DNA from: Patescibacteria group bacterium
GTDB lineage: Bacteria; Patescibacteriota; Minisyncoccia; UBA6257; JACRHW01
Direction of reading: 5' to 3'
DNA length: 35,369 nucleotides
NCBI GenBank assembly: GCA_028868355.1
Contig: JAGWUQ010000009.1
Span: forward strand, 1-35,369
Position numbers and translations under genes: made by a program. Positions 25,671 to 35,358 of the stretch are shown one piece after another. Position 1 is the first letter of the stretch, and each line of letters opens with the position of its first letter. The notes below the pieces were generated by a model, which was not told the origin of the DNA, ran no database searches, and saw only the letters and a program-made list of their open reading frames with translations.

Positions 25671-26380
25671 GCTTCAAGATCCTTTTTCGCTTTTTGTGGG
25701 TCGATGAGTATTTCAGGCTTTTCCTCTGGTGGATTCTTGGTTCCTTTACCAAGACAACGTTTTAGGAATTTAATCATCTCTTCTTCACCAGACCACACAG
25801 ATAAACCACGACTATTAAGTTTACCTGCGGCCGCATCTGCACGTATGTCAATATTGAAATGTTTGTAATTGCCCAAATGTCCACACGAACAATGGTGGTT
25901 ATGGCAAAGTGTTATAAGATTAAAGTCGTATAGTTCAAGCCAAGGATGTCCAACTATAGTGAGGAATTTGAATGGTATTATATGGTGAACATTGAGCATG
26001 TAGTCTGGCGTCTTACAACCTAACCACGCACAATGTGGTTCATGTTTTAGATGCCACTGTGCCACACCGTGCCATTTAGACGAGCGTCCAACACCAGGCG
26101 TTTGTATAACGACGACAGATTCGTTGAGTTCTTCGTCAGGTAACTCTAGTTCAGCAATATGCATCCGTAGAGCTTCAATGTCGAACTGCGATTCTTTCAA
26201 TTCTTCACGAAGATGATCAATAGTCTGACGTGCTTCGGTTAATTGTTCATTTGAAGCTTCCAATTTGGAAGGTGCTTCAATTCTTGCATTGTCGAATTGT
26301 TCTAACTTTATTAAAATGCCGAAGCTGCAAAACAAGATAATAAATATTGGAAGAATATATTCGATGAATAGACGTTTCAT
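25634..26380 (-). CDS. HNH endonuclease-domain protein with N-terminal transmembrane helix and coiled coil
   Basis: NVHHIIPFKF...NLITLCHNHH (HNH: HH..P...N...LC..CH), preceded by the hydrophobic stretch ILPIFIILFCSFGILI. Confidence 0.55.
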   Translation of the reverse strand: MKRLFIEYILPIFIILFCSFGILIKLEQFDNARIEAPSKLEASNEQLTEARQTIDHLREELKESQFDIEALRMHIAELELPDEELNESVVVIQTPGVGRSSKWHGVAQWHLKHEPHCAWLGCKTPDYMLNVHHIIPFKFLTIVGHPWLELYDFNLITLCHNHHCSCGHLGNYKHFNIDIRADAAAGKLNSRGLSVWSGEEEMIKFLKRCLGKGTKNPPEEKPEILIDPQKAKKDLEACQRRPKTLLAA

Positions 26381-26748
26381 TTTATCTCTCGTAATGAGTC
26401 AAGAGGATATGTACTTATAGGGAATTGTTCTTTAAGACAATGTAATATTGTATATTGGCATGGCTTGGCTGTTAAATAACCAAATGTATGGTGCCATGTT
26501 GGTTTGGTATCTGACCAGTACCAATCTCTACCGTTATGCCAAATCCAACCCGGAGCTAAAAAGTCTGGTTGCTTCCATTTCTTACGTAGGACGATGCGTG
26601 GATGTACAATCTGAGTATTCGTTGGTCCTGGATTAACAATACTTCCTTGCGGATTTATGTAATAATCTATGTGGACGTTTGGTATTTGATAACCAACGAC
26701 TTCGAAATCGTCTGGAATGTCGACACTGATTGTTATTTGCTGCATCAT
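26377..26748 (-). CDS. Hypothetical protein (123 aa)
   Basis: ORF with ATGA coupling. Confidence 0.45.
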   Translation of the reverse strand: MMQQITISVDIPDDFEVVGYQIPNVHIDYYINPQGSIVNPGPTNTQIVHPRIVLRKKWKQPDFLAPGWIWHNGRDWYWSDTKPTWHHTFGYLTAKPCQYTILHCLKEQFPISTYPLDSLREIK

Positions 26749-27185
26749 TTATCTGTACTCCCGAATCCTGGACCTCTGTCTAATGACGGTACACCTGGCA
26801 TAAGACATGCGACGAACGACATCTGTGCTATCTTTTCACCAGGCGAAATATATAAATAGTTTGGACCAATGTAAGATAACATTACAACAAGTTCACGTCG
26901 AAAATCGTAATCGATAAACCCTCCATGAATAAGTATACGTTGTTTACCTTTTGACGATCGCGGCCAGAATTGGACATGATGGCCTTGTGGAATGATAAGA
27001 CCTATACCTGTTCGGAATAGCGAAGCTTCTTCCGCGTCACGCCTTAACGGTTGACCTTCGGTGGCATAAAGATCAAAAGCTCCGGCAAATTCTGTGCCAA
27101 GTGTTGGCCACGTAGCCTCTTCACGTATTTTCGTAAACATTCCGGCGAACGACGTTTCCGTTACATTTATGTTTTTCATACTCAT
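26745..27185 (-). CDS. dut: dUTP pyrophosphatase (dUTPase)
   Basis: All five dUTPase motifs are present: AGAFDLYA, PRSSKGK, GGFIDYDFRRE, GEKIAQMSF, RGPGFGSTD. Confidence 0.85.
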   Translation of the reverse strand: MSMKNINVTETSFAGMFTKIREEATWPTLGTEFAGAFDLYATEGQPLRRDAEEASLFRTGIGLIIPQGHHVQFWPRSSKGKQRILIHGGFIDYDFRRELVVMLSYIGPNYLYISPGEKIAQMSFVACLMPGVPSLDRGPGFGSTDK

Positions 27186-27745
27186 TTAACCTTTTCGGGG
27201 AAATAGAGCATTTGCTCATTGACAAGCATATACACTTCTTTTGTCCGCTCAGTGCCGACTTCATTTACAAAGCGTGCATAGGTTCGCTCGTCGCTGCCGT
27301 AGACTTTGTAGGTGCGAGTGACGCGGATCAAATACTTGCGATCTTCGGATGGACCACGATCAATACGAACTTGTCGCGGCTCACCATCCAAAGTCATCCA
27401 TGCCGTTGAGTTCAACGGGATGTCTGGCATCGGCTTTGGCGGTGGCAGCTTTGATTGCTTCGCTTTCTCAGCAATACGGGTTTGCTCAATAGCTTTTGCA
27501 ATGGCTTCATCGAACGCCACTTCAAGCAGCTTTCGGCGATCATCAGAATCCATCCAGTCTTTCGACTTGTTTTTGTGATGAGTATCGATGGACTCGTGGA
27601 ATGCTCGCCACGCACTTTTATTGATGGCGACCTCCTGCTCGGCCAGTTCGTTTTCAATTAGTTCTGCGAGACTCGGTGACTCGCCAGCAGACGCCAGAAG
27701 CGGTAGCAATGAGAATCCAATAACAAATGTACTAATGTTATTCAT
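27182..27745 (-). CDS. Secreted hypothetical protein
   Basis: Signal peptide MNNISTFVIGFSLLPLLASAGE. Confidence 0.45.
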   Translation of the reverse strand: MNNISTFVIGFSLLPLLASAGESPSLAELIENELAEQEVAINKSAWRAFHESIDTHHKNKSKDWMDSDDRRKLLEVAFDEAIAKAIEQTRIAEKAKQSKLPPPKPMPDIPLNSTAWMTLDGEPRQVRIDRGPSEDRKYLIRVTRTYKVYGSDERTYARFVNEVGTERTKEVYMLVNEQMLYFPEKVK

Positions 27746-27904
27746 TATGTTCCCTTAGACAATAACGTTTGAGTTCAGAATCAATATCTTTGATAAGTTT
27801 AGATTTTGGTGTAGCACGCTTTATCGATCTTTCACAACGCTCCAATAAATAACGTAATTGGTCTACTACGTAATTTGGGTTCCAATCATCGCGTGTCGGA
27901 AACA

Positions 27905-28774
27905 TCATACGTCACCTTTATAATGCAATGGCGTTGTGAGATTCTCCAAAACAAAACGTTTTCTAAATTGGTCCCAGCCGCGAAATGGGCCAGAGTACAC
28001 ATAAGGATCAGCGTTTGCCTGAGCAATATGTTCATGTGGACTATAATGTCCAAAACCCGATCCCTCAATGAGTTTCGTGAATAGATCCAGATCCTTAGCA
28101 ATATCTCGCGTGCCGTCATGTGTCAGATATGAAACGCGGGCACTACGTGCCGTCGATATTTGTGCCAATATCTCTAAGGGCAAAGCTCCATCTTCCTGTT
28201 TTATAAACGGTAAATGCCAAGCACCAACGCCCAACGGGGTAGGCTTAGATTGACGTATAGCGTCACGCCACATGTACGCTATCTTTTGTATATGTATCTC
28301 TGCATGTTCATGGCAGCGTAGACGAAAGAAATTAGCAAATTCAGTTGCCGTGACGATTACGGTTATCCAACTAAACGGTTCAAGAAGTCGATTACAGATA
28401 GACTTATGTAGTCCAGTTTCGTGCATGTCTGTAGCTAATTCTACTGCTTTATCACGTGCTTCTAACCAGTTATTTAGACAAATGTCTTCTTGTTCAGCCG
28501 ATAGGTCATCGCCAGTCTGCATTCCTTTCTGTTCTGCTCCCCATTTAATGGGTATGAAAGGATTATATTGCACCATCTTTACCATTTTAGAAAATGGTAT
28601 AGCACGACTTGACGCAGCGTTACGCGCAAAGGCACGATGCGTCATGAACTCGGCATGTACGATACGTGGGTATGTTAAAACAGATGTGATAAGTCGCCTA
28701 CCACTTGGACTTATACTGTCTAATTCAATATGTGCATTATACATTTTCAAATCCGTTCCATGCTTCCAATTCAA
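27905..28774 (-). CDS. thyX: Flavin-dependent thymidylate synthase ThyX
   Basis: ThyX-type motif (T/R)HRAFARNAASSRAIP (RHR-x7-S) and overall size. Confidence 0.7.
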   Translation of the reverse strand: MNWKHGTDLKMYNAHIELDSISPSGRRLITSVLTYPRIVHAEFMTHRAFARNAASSRAIPFSKMVKMVQYNPFIPIKWGAEQKGMQTGDDLSAEQEDICLNNWLEARDKAVELATDMHETGLHKSICNRLLEPFSWITVIVTATEFANFFRLRCHEHAEIHIQKIAYMWRDAIRQSKPTPLGVGAWHLPFIKQEDGALPLEILAQISTARSARVSYLTHDGTRDIAKDLDLFTKLIEGSGFGHYSPHEHIAQANADPYVYSGPFRGWDQFRKRFVLENLTTPLHYKGDV

Positions 28775-28940
28775 TGAATGTAATGTTACTTAATCCTATA
28801 AACTTCCAGTCATCGAGAATTTCCGGTGACACAATAATTCGCGTATCACCATCGTATAATTCTAGTTCTTCCAGAGGTATAGAATTGATTCTGGCTAATT
28901 CTTCTTGAAGAGACTTTACATGTTGAATATCGACTATCAT
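28737..28940 (-). CDS. Hypothetical protein (67 aa)
   Basis: ORF. Confidence 0.35.
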   Translation of the reverse strand: MIVDIQHVKSLQEELARINSIPLEELELYDGDTRIIVSPEILDDWKFIGLSNITFIELEAWNGFENV

Positions 28941-29150
28941 TTAACTTTTCTTAGGATAGAATAATAGACCATTAAATGGTCCCACATTGCATACTGGACA
29001 TGTCATCCAACAAAAGGAAATCTGTTCACGCTGGTCATATTCAATATGTTTCATTTCAAGTTCTGTAGCTTCAGCCTCAGTGTCACAAGAACTACACTTA
29101 CCCTTCCAAATACGTTCAGCCTTTGGTGTTCCACGTTTAGTTATTTTCAC
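28941..29150 (-). CDS. Small zinc-ribbon protein
   Basis: CSSC...CPVC pairs. Confidence 0.4.
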   Translation of the reverse strand: MKITKRGTPKAERIWKGKCSSCDTEAEATELEMKHIEYDQREQISFCWMTCPVCNVGPFNGLLFYPKKS

Positions 29151-29292
29151 TTCACACTCTTCTTTACTGGTGGCTTCTTAAAACGATGCTGGATTATTTG
29201 TTCAGCAAGTTGCATTGCTTCAGCCTTCGGTAATGAAAATAGCGTACCGTCATTAAGTTTAACAGTTATTGTTCCGTTAGTTTCTGTAACAC

Positions 29293-30366
29293 TCATTCTT
29301 TATCCTTATAAATACGGAACTCAGACACAGCACGTGTGGCACCTGTATAGCGATGTCGCCATAGGTCCCATAGATCGCTATGTTCGTCTACATAAGCAAC
29401 TTTCTCAGCCTCACTACCTTGGAAGGCATGACAGGTTACTGCATAACCGAAATCTGCTAACATAGCTACACCTGCATATTTTCGCGTTTGGTCAAATGGC
29501 AAACGTTTAAATTGGTGAAAACCTGTGTCTGTAACATTTAAGACATATGTCTTACCATCATCTGTTAAGAGTGTGCAAACACCAGAGCGGTGTGTTTCTA
29601 AAACGGTGAAAAACATACCGTTGAAAATACCAAGTTTCTTATCGTTTTGTTTACATACTATTCGCTCACCTGTTTGAAGTGTGCTATTAAAGCCTTTCAA
29701 CTTACGGACGTGCTTGTTAAGTTCGATACGCGATTTATTATACCCAACGATTATGACATCTGCCCAAAGAGCGTCATCATATATTTGTGATTTTCGTCTC
29801 TCGAAGTTTCGCCAATTAACATCGTCGCCACCACGAATTTCCGTTGCAAGTCTAACTATCGGATTATTGAATGCCTGTCTATGTATTGTATCGAGAACAT
29901 AGTCAGGGTCGCGCATCAAATGCGGATCATCGTCGTCGACAGGTTCCAATTGTCCAGGATCACCTGTAACGACAATTGGAATCCCGTAACTTTGTAGGTC
30001 AGACCATAAGGCTGTTCCGACCATCGACCCTTCATCAAGATGTATCCAATTATAAGGCAGATTAGGTTTAAGCCAGAAGCGGTCTGTCTTGGCGTCCCAA
30101 TCATATATCATCGAATGTATTGTCTGTGACGGCAATCCTTTCTTTCGTAAGACATCACACGCTTTACCACAGAATGCACAACAGCCACCGCCGGGAAGTT
30201 TAGAAAACAAATTTTTCGCTAAGGTGGTCTTTCCTGTCCCAGCATAGCCTCCGATGCGGAATAAAGGTCGGCCTGCCGCCACAGAACTACAAGCCAAGTC
30301 TATTGCTTTTTCTTGTTGTTCTGTAAGAACCATTAACCGCCTCCGGGACAACGTAGTGATGTCCAA
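29293..30366 (-). CDS. SF1 Dda/RecD/Pif1-type DNA helicase
   Basis: Walker A GYAGTGKTT, GDPGQLEPV (Q-motif/III) and CHAFQGSEAEKV (a variant of the motif VI H-K-SQGSEF). Confidence 0.8.
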   Translation of the reverse strand: MDITTLSRRRLMVLTEQQEKAIDLACSSVAAGRPLFRIGGYAGTGKTTLAKNLFSKLPGGGCCAFCGKACDVLRKKGLPSQTIHSMIYDWDAKTDRFWLKPNLPYNWIHLDEGSMVGTALWSDLQSYGIPIVVTGDPGQLEPVDDDDPHLMRDPDYVLDTIHRQAFNNPIVRLATEIRGGDDVNWRNFERRKSQIYDDALWADVIIVGYNKSRIELNKHVRKLKGFNSTLQTGERIVCKQNDKKLGIFNGMFFTVLETHRSGVCTLLTDDGKTYVLNVTDTGFHQFKRLPFDQTRKYAGVAMLADFGYAVTCHAFQGSEAEKVAYVDEHSDLWDLWRHRYTGATRAVSEFRIYKDKE

Positions 30367-30692
30367 TCATGGATTTTTTGCAACCATTTTGGTTCATAAG
30401 GAAAAGCCAATAATGGATGTATAATAGCATTATGCACAAACTTCCAAAAATAAAAATCTAGACCCTTTGGTAAAATGTCTCCGGGTTCTAATAATGCGTC
30501 TGCTAAAGCATAAGCAGATAGTATTTGTGGATCGTCGGGATTATTTAGTCCTAATTCTAGACGTATATGAATCCAAGTACAAACGGTTGCATATGCTGCA
30601 AGATCGCGTCCAAGGACAACAAAGACTTGTTCATCATCCCGTGCTTTATTCCAGCAGCTAGTTGGATCATTTATTTGTTCTGTCTTATTCAT
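30333..30692 (-). CDS. Hypothetical protein (119 aa)
   Basis: ORF. Confidence 0.45.
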   Translation of the reverse strand: MNKTEQINDPTSCWNKARDDEQVFVVLGRDLAAYATVCTWIHIRLELGLNNPDDPQILSAYALADALLEPGDILPKGLDFYFWKFVHNAIIHPLLAFPYEPKWLQKIHDWTSLRCPGGG

Positions 30693-30716
30693 AGTTACTC
30701 CTATTCATAGTTACTC

Positions 30717-30920
30717 CTATTCAAAGATTGCTCGCCAAAATTTGACACGCGTATTTTTCCCAAAAGGTTTAGAGGGATTTAGACGTGTGACAACCCAAGT
30801 ATCAAAGCCGTCTGAGACAAGAATATCACCTGCTGGAGGCAATACATCTACGGTATTCCATAAATGTTTATCTTCTCGTCTAAACTTTAGTGGCATCACT
30901 TGACTAGAAATACTATCCAC
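30717..30920 (-). CDS. Hypothetical protein (67 aa)
   Basis: ORF. Confidence 0.35.
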   Translation of the reverse strand: MDSISSQVMPLKFRREDKHLWNTVDVLPPAGDILVSDGFDTWVVTRLNPSKPFGKNTRVKFWRAIFE

Positions 30921-31052
30921 GGATTACGTCCTCCTACACAAACACCTTTACACCAAGATGGTAATGTCGACGCCCAAGCGTAGACTTTAGCGATAAAGGA
31001 TTCAGATCGCGTTTCGATAATGTCTCCAGCTATGAGCTTATGCTTGTCTAGA

Positions 31053-31292
31053 TCAGTCATCATTTTCCTTTAAAGTAGCGATAATGTCTTGTTTGGCTGT
31101 TAAACTTCGCCAATGTTGTACACGTATTCCTGCTTGTGCTTCGCTTAGGTAATATGTGCCACCTGACGTAACATTCCAACCAAGTACCAAATCCTTTTGA
31201 CCTGGCATTAAATGGACGGCAGCTAGTGTCTTATATGTAAGGTCGCTAGACATTACAGGAAACATATTTACTTTCTTAGATAACTCCGGCAA
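31053..31292 (-). CDS. Hypothetical protein (79 aa)
   Basis: ORF. Confidence 0.4.
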   Translation of the reverse strand: MPELSKKVNMFPVMSSDLTYKTLAAVHLMPGQKDLVLGWNVTSGGTYYLSEAQAGIRVQHWRSLTAKQDIIATLKENDD

Positions 31293-31710
31293 CTTTCATA
31301 ATTTCATTACGTGTCAAATCTGTAACGTCACAGACATTAACACTGAAAGCTTCCAAAGTTCTCACGAGTTTTGGGTGATTCTTGATGAGGACGATCTTCG
31401 GTGTTTCCAACTTTATCTGCTCCAACATTACTAAATCATCGTCGAAATGGACGAAATCATCTTGTTGTTTTTCGAGACCAAAGGCATAAACTTTACCACT
31501 TCTGACCAAATGTCCGTTAATGATTGCCGGTGCAGGATAACCGAAACTATTACAAAATTTGACTAAGTCCTCAATAAGAACACGTCTATCCATTGATCCT
31601 GGAAGTCTAAAACCTTTGAGCCTTCCACTATCAATCCATTTAGACACTGTACGCGGTGCTACGCAGCAATAATTAGAAATTTGTCCTGTTGTTAAAGCTT
31701 CCTTAGCCAT
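31276..31710 (-). CDS. Excisionase/MerR-type HTH DNA-binding protein, co-transcribed with the sigma factor
   Basis: TTGQISNYCCVAPRTVSKWIDSGRLKG is a classic HTH_17-type segment. Confidence 0.5.
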   Translation of the reverse strand: MAKEALTTGQISNYCCVAPRTVSKWIDSGRLKGFRLPGSMDRRVLIEDLVKFCNSFGYPAPAIINGHLVRSGKVYAFGLEKQQDDFVHFDDDLVMLEQIKLETPKIVLIKNHPKLVRTLEAFSVNVCDVTDLTRNEIMKVAGVI

Positions 31711-32327
31711 TGTATTTCCTCTCGTTCCTTGAGACGGGTTAATAATTTTGACAATATCTGACTTGCACGTGGTTCAGAGAAGCCAAGATGTTTGGCCGTT
31801 TCTTTCAGCGTTAAACCTAAACGAAAATAACATATAAGAAGTAGACTTTCAGTCTTAGATAAACCTTTACATATTACTCGCCATATTTCATCTGGATTTT
31901 TCGGATCTTCAATTGACGGTTCATATTTATTATGTATTTTATCTGGTTCGCTCTGATTCTTGTGCCAATCATATACAGATATTGGAGTCATTTGGACTGG
32001 CACATCGCCACGCATACGCGTTAAACGTGGAACCCAATCGCGGTCACGGACGCCATCTAATATTGCACCACGAATTCGTAAAAGCGAGAAAGTTTCAAAT
32101 TTGGTCTCTTTTTGTGGATCGTAGTGTTCTATAGCGTATATAAGACCAAATATTCCGTCATTGACAAATGTATCTAACTCACATTGACCTTTATGTATAG
32201 GTAATTTATTGTAAAAACGTGTCGCTGTACGTATGACATATGGATAATAGTATTCAACAAGTTTATTTCTTTGTTCTATGGCTCTAGTTTTAAAGTATTC
32301 TTCCCATAATTCTTTTATTTCCGACAC
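31692..32327 (-). CDS. Sigma-70-family sigma factor, group 3 (FliA/sigma-28-like)
   Basis: Region 2 (YYYPYVIRTATRF...GLIYAIEHYDP...FETFSLLRIRGAI) and region 4 (LSKTESLLLICYFRLGLTLKETAKHLGFSEPRASQILSKLLTRLKE), with the FliA-like SE.R.SQI signature. Confidence 0.8.
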   Translation of the reverse strand: MSEIKELWEEYFKTRAIEQRNKLVEYYYPYVIRTATRFYNKLPIHKGQCELDTFVNDGIFGLIYAIEHYDPQKETKFETFSLLRIRGAILDGVRDRDWVPRLTRMRGDVPVQMTPISVYDWHKNQSEPDKIHNKYEPSIEDPKNPDEIWRVICKGLSKTESLLLICYFRLGLTLKETAKHLGFSEPRASQILSKLLTRLKEREEIQWLRKL

Positions 32328-32764
32328 AAAGTGATCAGACCATCCTTTTCTGTCTTTATGAAATTGACTTCTACATCATTGAAGAAGTTTGGACTTTTTA
32401 ACGAAGGTCCACAAACGAAAAATCGAAGAAGGTTTGAACGTTTTTTGCTGTTGACAAACTCTTCCGCAGGAACTGTTAAATACCATAATAAACATTCAGG
32501 TAATGCTGGAGAATCAGTAACTAGACAATCGTCTGAATGTATTAATATTGGTTCCCGAAGAGTGATATTATAAATGTTAAGATTACCGATTTTCCGAATA
32601 AATTCAGCTTTGGCTTTACCAAATAATTTTTTAAGGTAACGTGATAAATGACTCTTATTTTGCAAATATAATGTAACTATGTCGCCTTCTGTAGCATAAG
32701 AACATTCCTCACTTTGCCATTCGGGATTTAAGACAAATTTACCATCACTTCTTTGAATGTACAT
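32315..32764 (-). CDS. Hypothetical protein (start possibly at MYIQRS)
   Basis: ORF. Confidence 0.4.
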   Translation of the reverse strand: MYIQRSDGKFVLNPEWQSEECSYATEGDIVTLYLQNKSHLSRYLKKLFGKAKAEFIRKIGNLNIYNITLREPILIHSDDCLVTDSPALPECLLWYLTVPAEEFVNSKKRSNLLRFFVCGPSLKSPNFFNDVEVNFIKTEKDGLITLCRK

Positions 32765-32978
32765 AAGAGATTTGGGCCTCCGGCCCGCGAACACGTAATT
32801 CCTGAAATTCGTGGTTTGGTGGACAGTTGTTGTCAATAATAAGTAACATGTCCCGTGGAACATGTTTAAGAGATTTAATGATTGCTCGGTCTTCAGCTAA
32901 AGGGTGCATAGCGATTGTAATTTGACTACCTTGTGGACCTTTATATATGTCAATTATTCCGTACCGTCGCTTATCCAT
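32745..32978 (-). CDS. Hypothetical protein (77 aa)
   Basis: ORF. Confidence 0.35.
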   Translation of the reverse strand: MDKRRYGIIDIYKGPQGSQITIAMHPLAEDRAIIKSLKHVPRDMLLIIDNNCPPNHEFQELRVRGPEAQISYVHSKK

Positions 32979-33244
32979 TTTAGTGTCTTGTTGTTTAATT
33001 TATGTATAAGCCCCATACCTTTACGTATAACGCGTTCTAACTGTGAAAAATCTTTATCATTATCCATACGGAATGTTTGTTCAATTTCTAATATAACGAT
33101 CTCTGTTTGTTCTGCATGGAACATATTATGCCAATCAGTTATACAGTCTAAACAGACTGGTATACTTATTGGTATTGGTAAGTCATAATAACGCTCATAC
33201 GGGTCTGCTGTTTTGCAACGTGGGCATTCCATTAGAGACCACAC
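32954..33244 (-). CDS. Small Cys4 zinc-finger protein
   Basis: CPRC...CLDC. Confidence 0.4.
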   Translation of the reverse strand: MWSLMECPRCKTADPYERYYDLPIPISIPVCLDCITDWHNMFHAEQTEIVILEIEQTFRMDNDKDFSQLERVIRKGMGLIHKLNNKTLKWISDGTE

Positions 33245-33648
33245 TCCGTGATATAATTTGCAAAGTCTGTAATATCGACAATGAATTGTTCAGGATTTAC
33301 GTCGAATGGTGTCATTTGTCTAGTGACGTTATTCTTGAATATTGACTTATACGTTTTATCACTTAAACCTCGGAATGCAACTTTCAACTGTCCAAGACGT
33401 AGATATTCTACGAAATCAACGAGGCTGTCGTAATCATTCCCTACAGGCAAATGTTCGTAGCTTGGTTCCCTAATCAAACGTATTAGACTACCGGCTAGGC
33501 AACAATGTGTTGTTCCGTCCAAACATGGACGGTGAAAACATTTCATATCTTGTGTATATCGTGAATCAGACTTAATGTCTGTGAAAGATTTAATAGCCGT
33601 CTTGAGAAGATCAGACTTGTTCATGGCCTTTAATTCATCGAGAGTCAT
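33232..33648 (-). CDS. Hypothetical protein (138 aa)
   Basis: ORF. Confidence 0.45.
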   Translation of the reverse strand: MTLDELKAMNKSDLLKTAIKSFTDIKSDSRYTQDMKCFHRPCLDGTTHCCLAGSLIRLIREPSYEHLPVGNDYDSLVDFVEYLRLGQLKVAFRGLSDKTYKSIFKNNVTRQMTPFDVNPEQFIVDITDFANYITECGL

Positions 33649-33842
33649 TTCTTTTCCTTATTAATATAATCATACACTGTAGCGAAACACCACATAATGA
33701 CGAACACTGAATCAACAATGATGACTGCTGGCCAGCTAAGAACATCTATGATTAAGTCTAAATATTCATATTCTGGCTCGATATATTTTTGTAGTCGAGA
33801 GACACAAAAGCCTAGGATGAAATATAGAAACAAATATAACAT
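33645..33842 (-). CDS. Small two-transmembrane membrane protein
   Basis: MLYLFLYFILGFCV and WPAVIIVDSVFVIMWCFA hydrophobic segments. Confidence 0.4.
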   Translation of the reverse strand: MLYLFLYFILGFCVSRLQKYIEPEYEYLDLIIDVLSWPAVIIVDSVFVIMWCFATVYDYINKEKK

Positions 33843-33863
33843 TATTTGTCCAAAGTAAAGATT

Positions 33864-34355
33864 CTATAATAAACACATTTTAAACCATAATGGGGCAATA
33901 TGTTCAAATTTACCTACGAGTTCCACTTGTTGTCGCCAAACACCAATACCGACAATTTTAGAACTTAATTGTTTAATTTCTCTATTTACATGTTCTAATG
34001 TTTCGCCCATGAAAATCATATCATCAATGAACAATAGCTTTTGATTTGTCCAACCTTCCACGTTTGATGGTGAATGGTAGCTATCATAATTTTTCCTAAC
34101 AATGACTAAATCTTTATTTAGGCGGTCAGCCAGTATAGATCCTATGATTGCCATACTGTAGCCACAAATGACAAAGCCATCATATTCATCATGACGCTCA
34201 ATTAATTGATCTATAATAGCTTGTGTGACATAATGTCTAGCTCTTGGTGTTAGCAGACATTTTTCATAATCTCCACCTTTATGTTCAGGTGATGTGTTTT
34301 CAGGATTATTGGATGTGTTTTCGGTAGTATCGTGCTTCTTTTGGGATTCCGTCAT
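33864..34355 (-). CDS. Phosphoribosyltransferase (PRTase type I fold)
   Basis: LLFIDDMIFMGETLE matches the PRPP-binding motif (hydrophobic run, DD, xxxGxT). Confidence 0.6.
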   Translation of the reverse strand: MTESQKKHDTTENTSNNPENTSPEHKGGDYEKCLLTPRARHYVTQAIIDQLIERHDEYDGFVICGYSMAIIGSILADRLNKDLVIVRKNYDSYHSPSNVEGWTNQKLLFIDDMIFMGETLEHVNREIKQLSSKIVGIGVWRQQVELVGKFEHIAPLWFKMCLL

Positions 34356-35358
34356 TTGTTAATTCCCTATATTGGAAAGTCACTATAGAACCAAGAGGAA
34401 AATGTTTCGAAATCGCCCAAGTAGGAGCACGTTCTCCTGGATTTGCTAATGCCCAAGACTTAGAGTCTGCGTTACCAAATTCTCGCTCTTCATCAGTTAA
34501 GCCAGAAAGCTCGAATTTAACACCAAAGGCTTCAACGACAAGTGCTCCAATCTTACCATGCACTTTACCCGTTAATCCAATAACGCCGGACGTGTAGCCA
34601 ATAACTTTGGCTTCCGCGTCTTCGACTGTTTTGACTTTGAGCATTTGGTGAGAACGAATTGGCTCCCAAAAATTGTTTGAGTCTCGTATTATTACACCTT
34701 CACCGTCACCTGCTGTTACTTCCTTGAGGTAATCATACATTCGTAGACGTGCTGTGGCTTCAGCCAGAGGCAACTTCTCTTGTTTATGGAGAATTAGGTT
34801 TTCACTTTGCGGCAAGAATTGTCTCAAGAATATCAATTGAGACTCAAAGCCACGTGGTGATACTGCTCTAACACCTTTGAGGACATAAGCCATATCCTCT
34901 GTGATAATCTTATGAAAGTTCGTGTCGCGTATCTCGCCGGATTTGAAAACCTGTGTCAACGGTGGGGTATCAAATATCATGTATTTGATTTGTTCCCAGT
35001 TGGAGTCTATGCGGTTACCCGGTAAGGTTCGAGCAGTAGACATCGTCTGTTGGAATAACTTTCTACCGATATACAGTTCACCGTCGAGACAGAAGTTCGG
35101 TAGCTTATCAAGCCACCAATCTGGAGCAAATATCGGATGACCATAACGAGACCAAAGTCCAGTTGAAGATTGCTCACAGAGAAAACGATCTTGTTTGTCG
35201 ACGTTGGCCCAAGGAACGTCTCTTACGGGAAGTCCACGGCTACCACCACCGTCCCAAAATGCACGCATACCGTCGAGCTTTTCACTCATGAGTGCTCCGG
35301 CAACGTTATGTTTATTTTTCAAGACATGTGCAAGTTGTAAGAATTCTCGTCTTTTCAT
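34306..35358 (-). CDS. ATP-dependent DNA ligase
   Basis: Adenylation motif I EKLDGMRA (KxDG), with the size and layout of small phage ligases. Confidence 0.8.
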   Translation of the reverse strand: MKRREFLQLAHVLKNKHNVAGALMSEKLDGMRAFWDGGGSRGLPVRDVPWANVDKQDRFLCEQSSTGLWSRYGHPIFAPDWWLDKLPNFCLDGELYIGRKLFQQTMSTARTLPGNRIDSNWEQIKYMIFDTPPLTQVFKSGEIRDTNFHKIITEDMAYVLKGVRAVSPRGFESQLIFLRQFLPQSENLILHKQEKLPLAEATARLRMYDYLKEVTAGDGEGVIIRDSNNFWEPIRSHQMLKVKTVEDAEAKVIGYTSGVIGLTGKVHGKIGALVVEAFGVKFELSGLTDEEREFGNADSKSWALANPGERAPTWAISKHFPLGSIVTFQYRELTNDGIPKEARYYRKHIQ

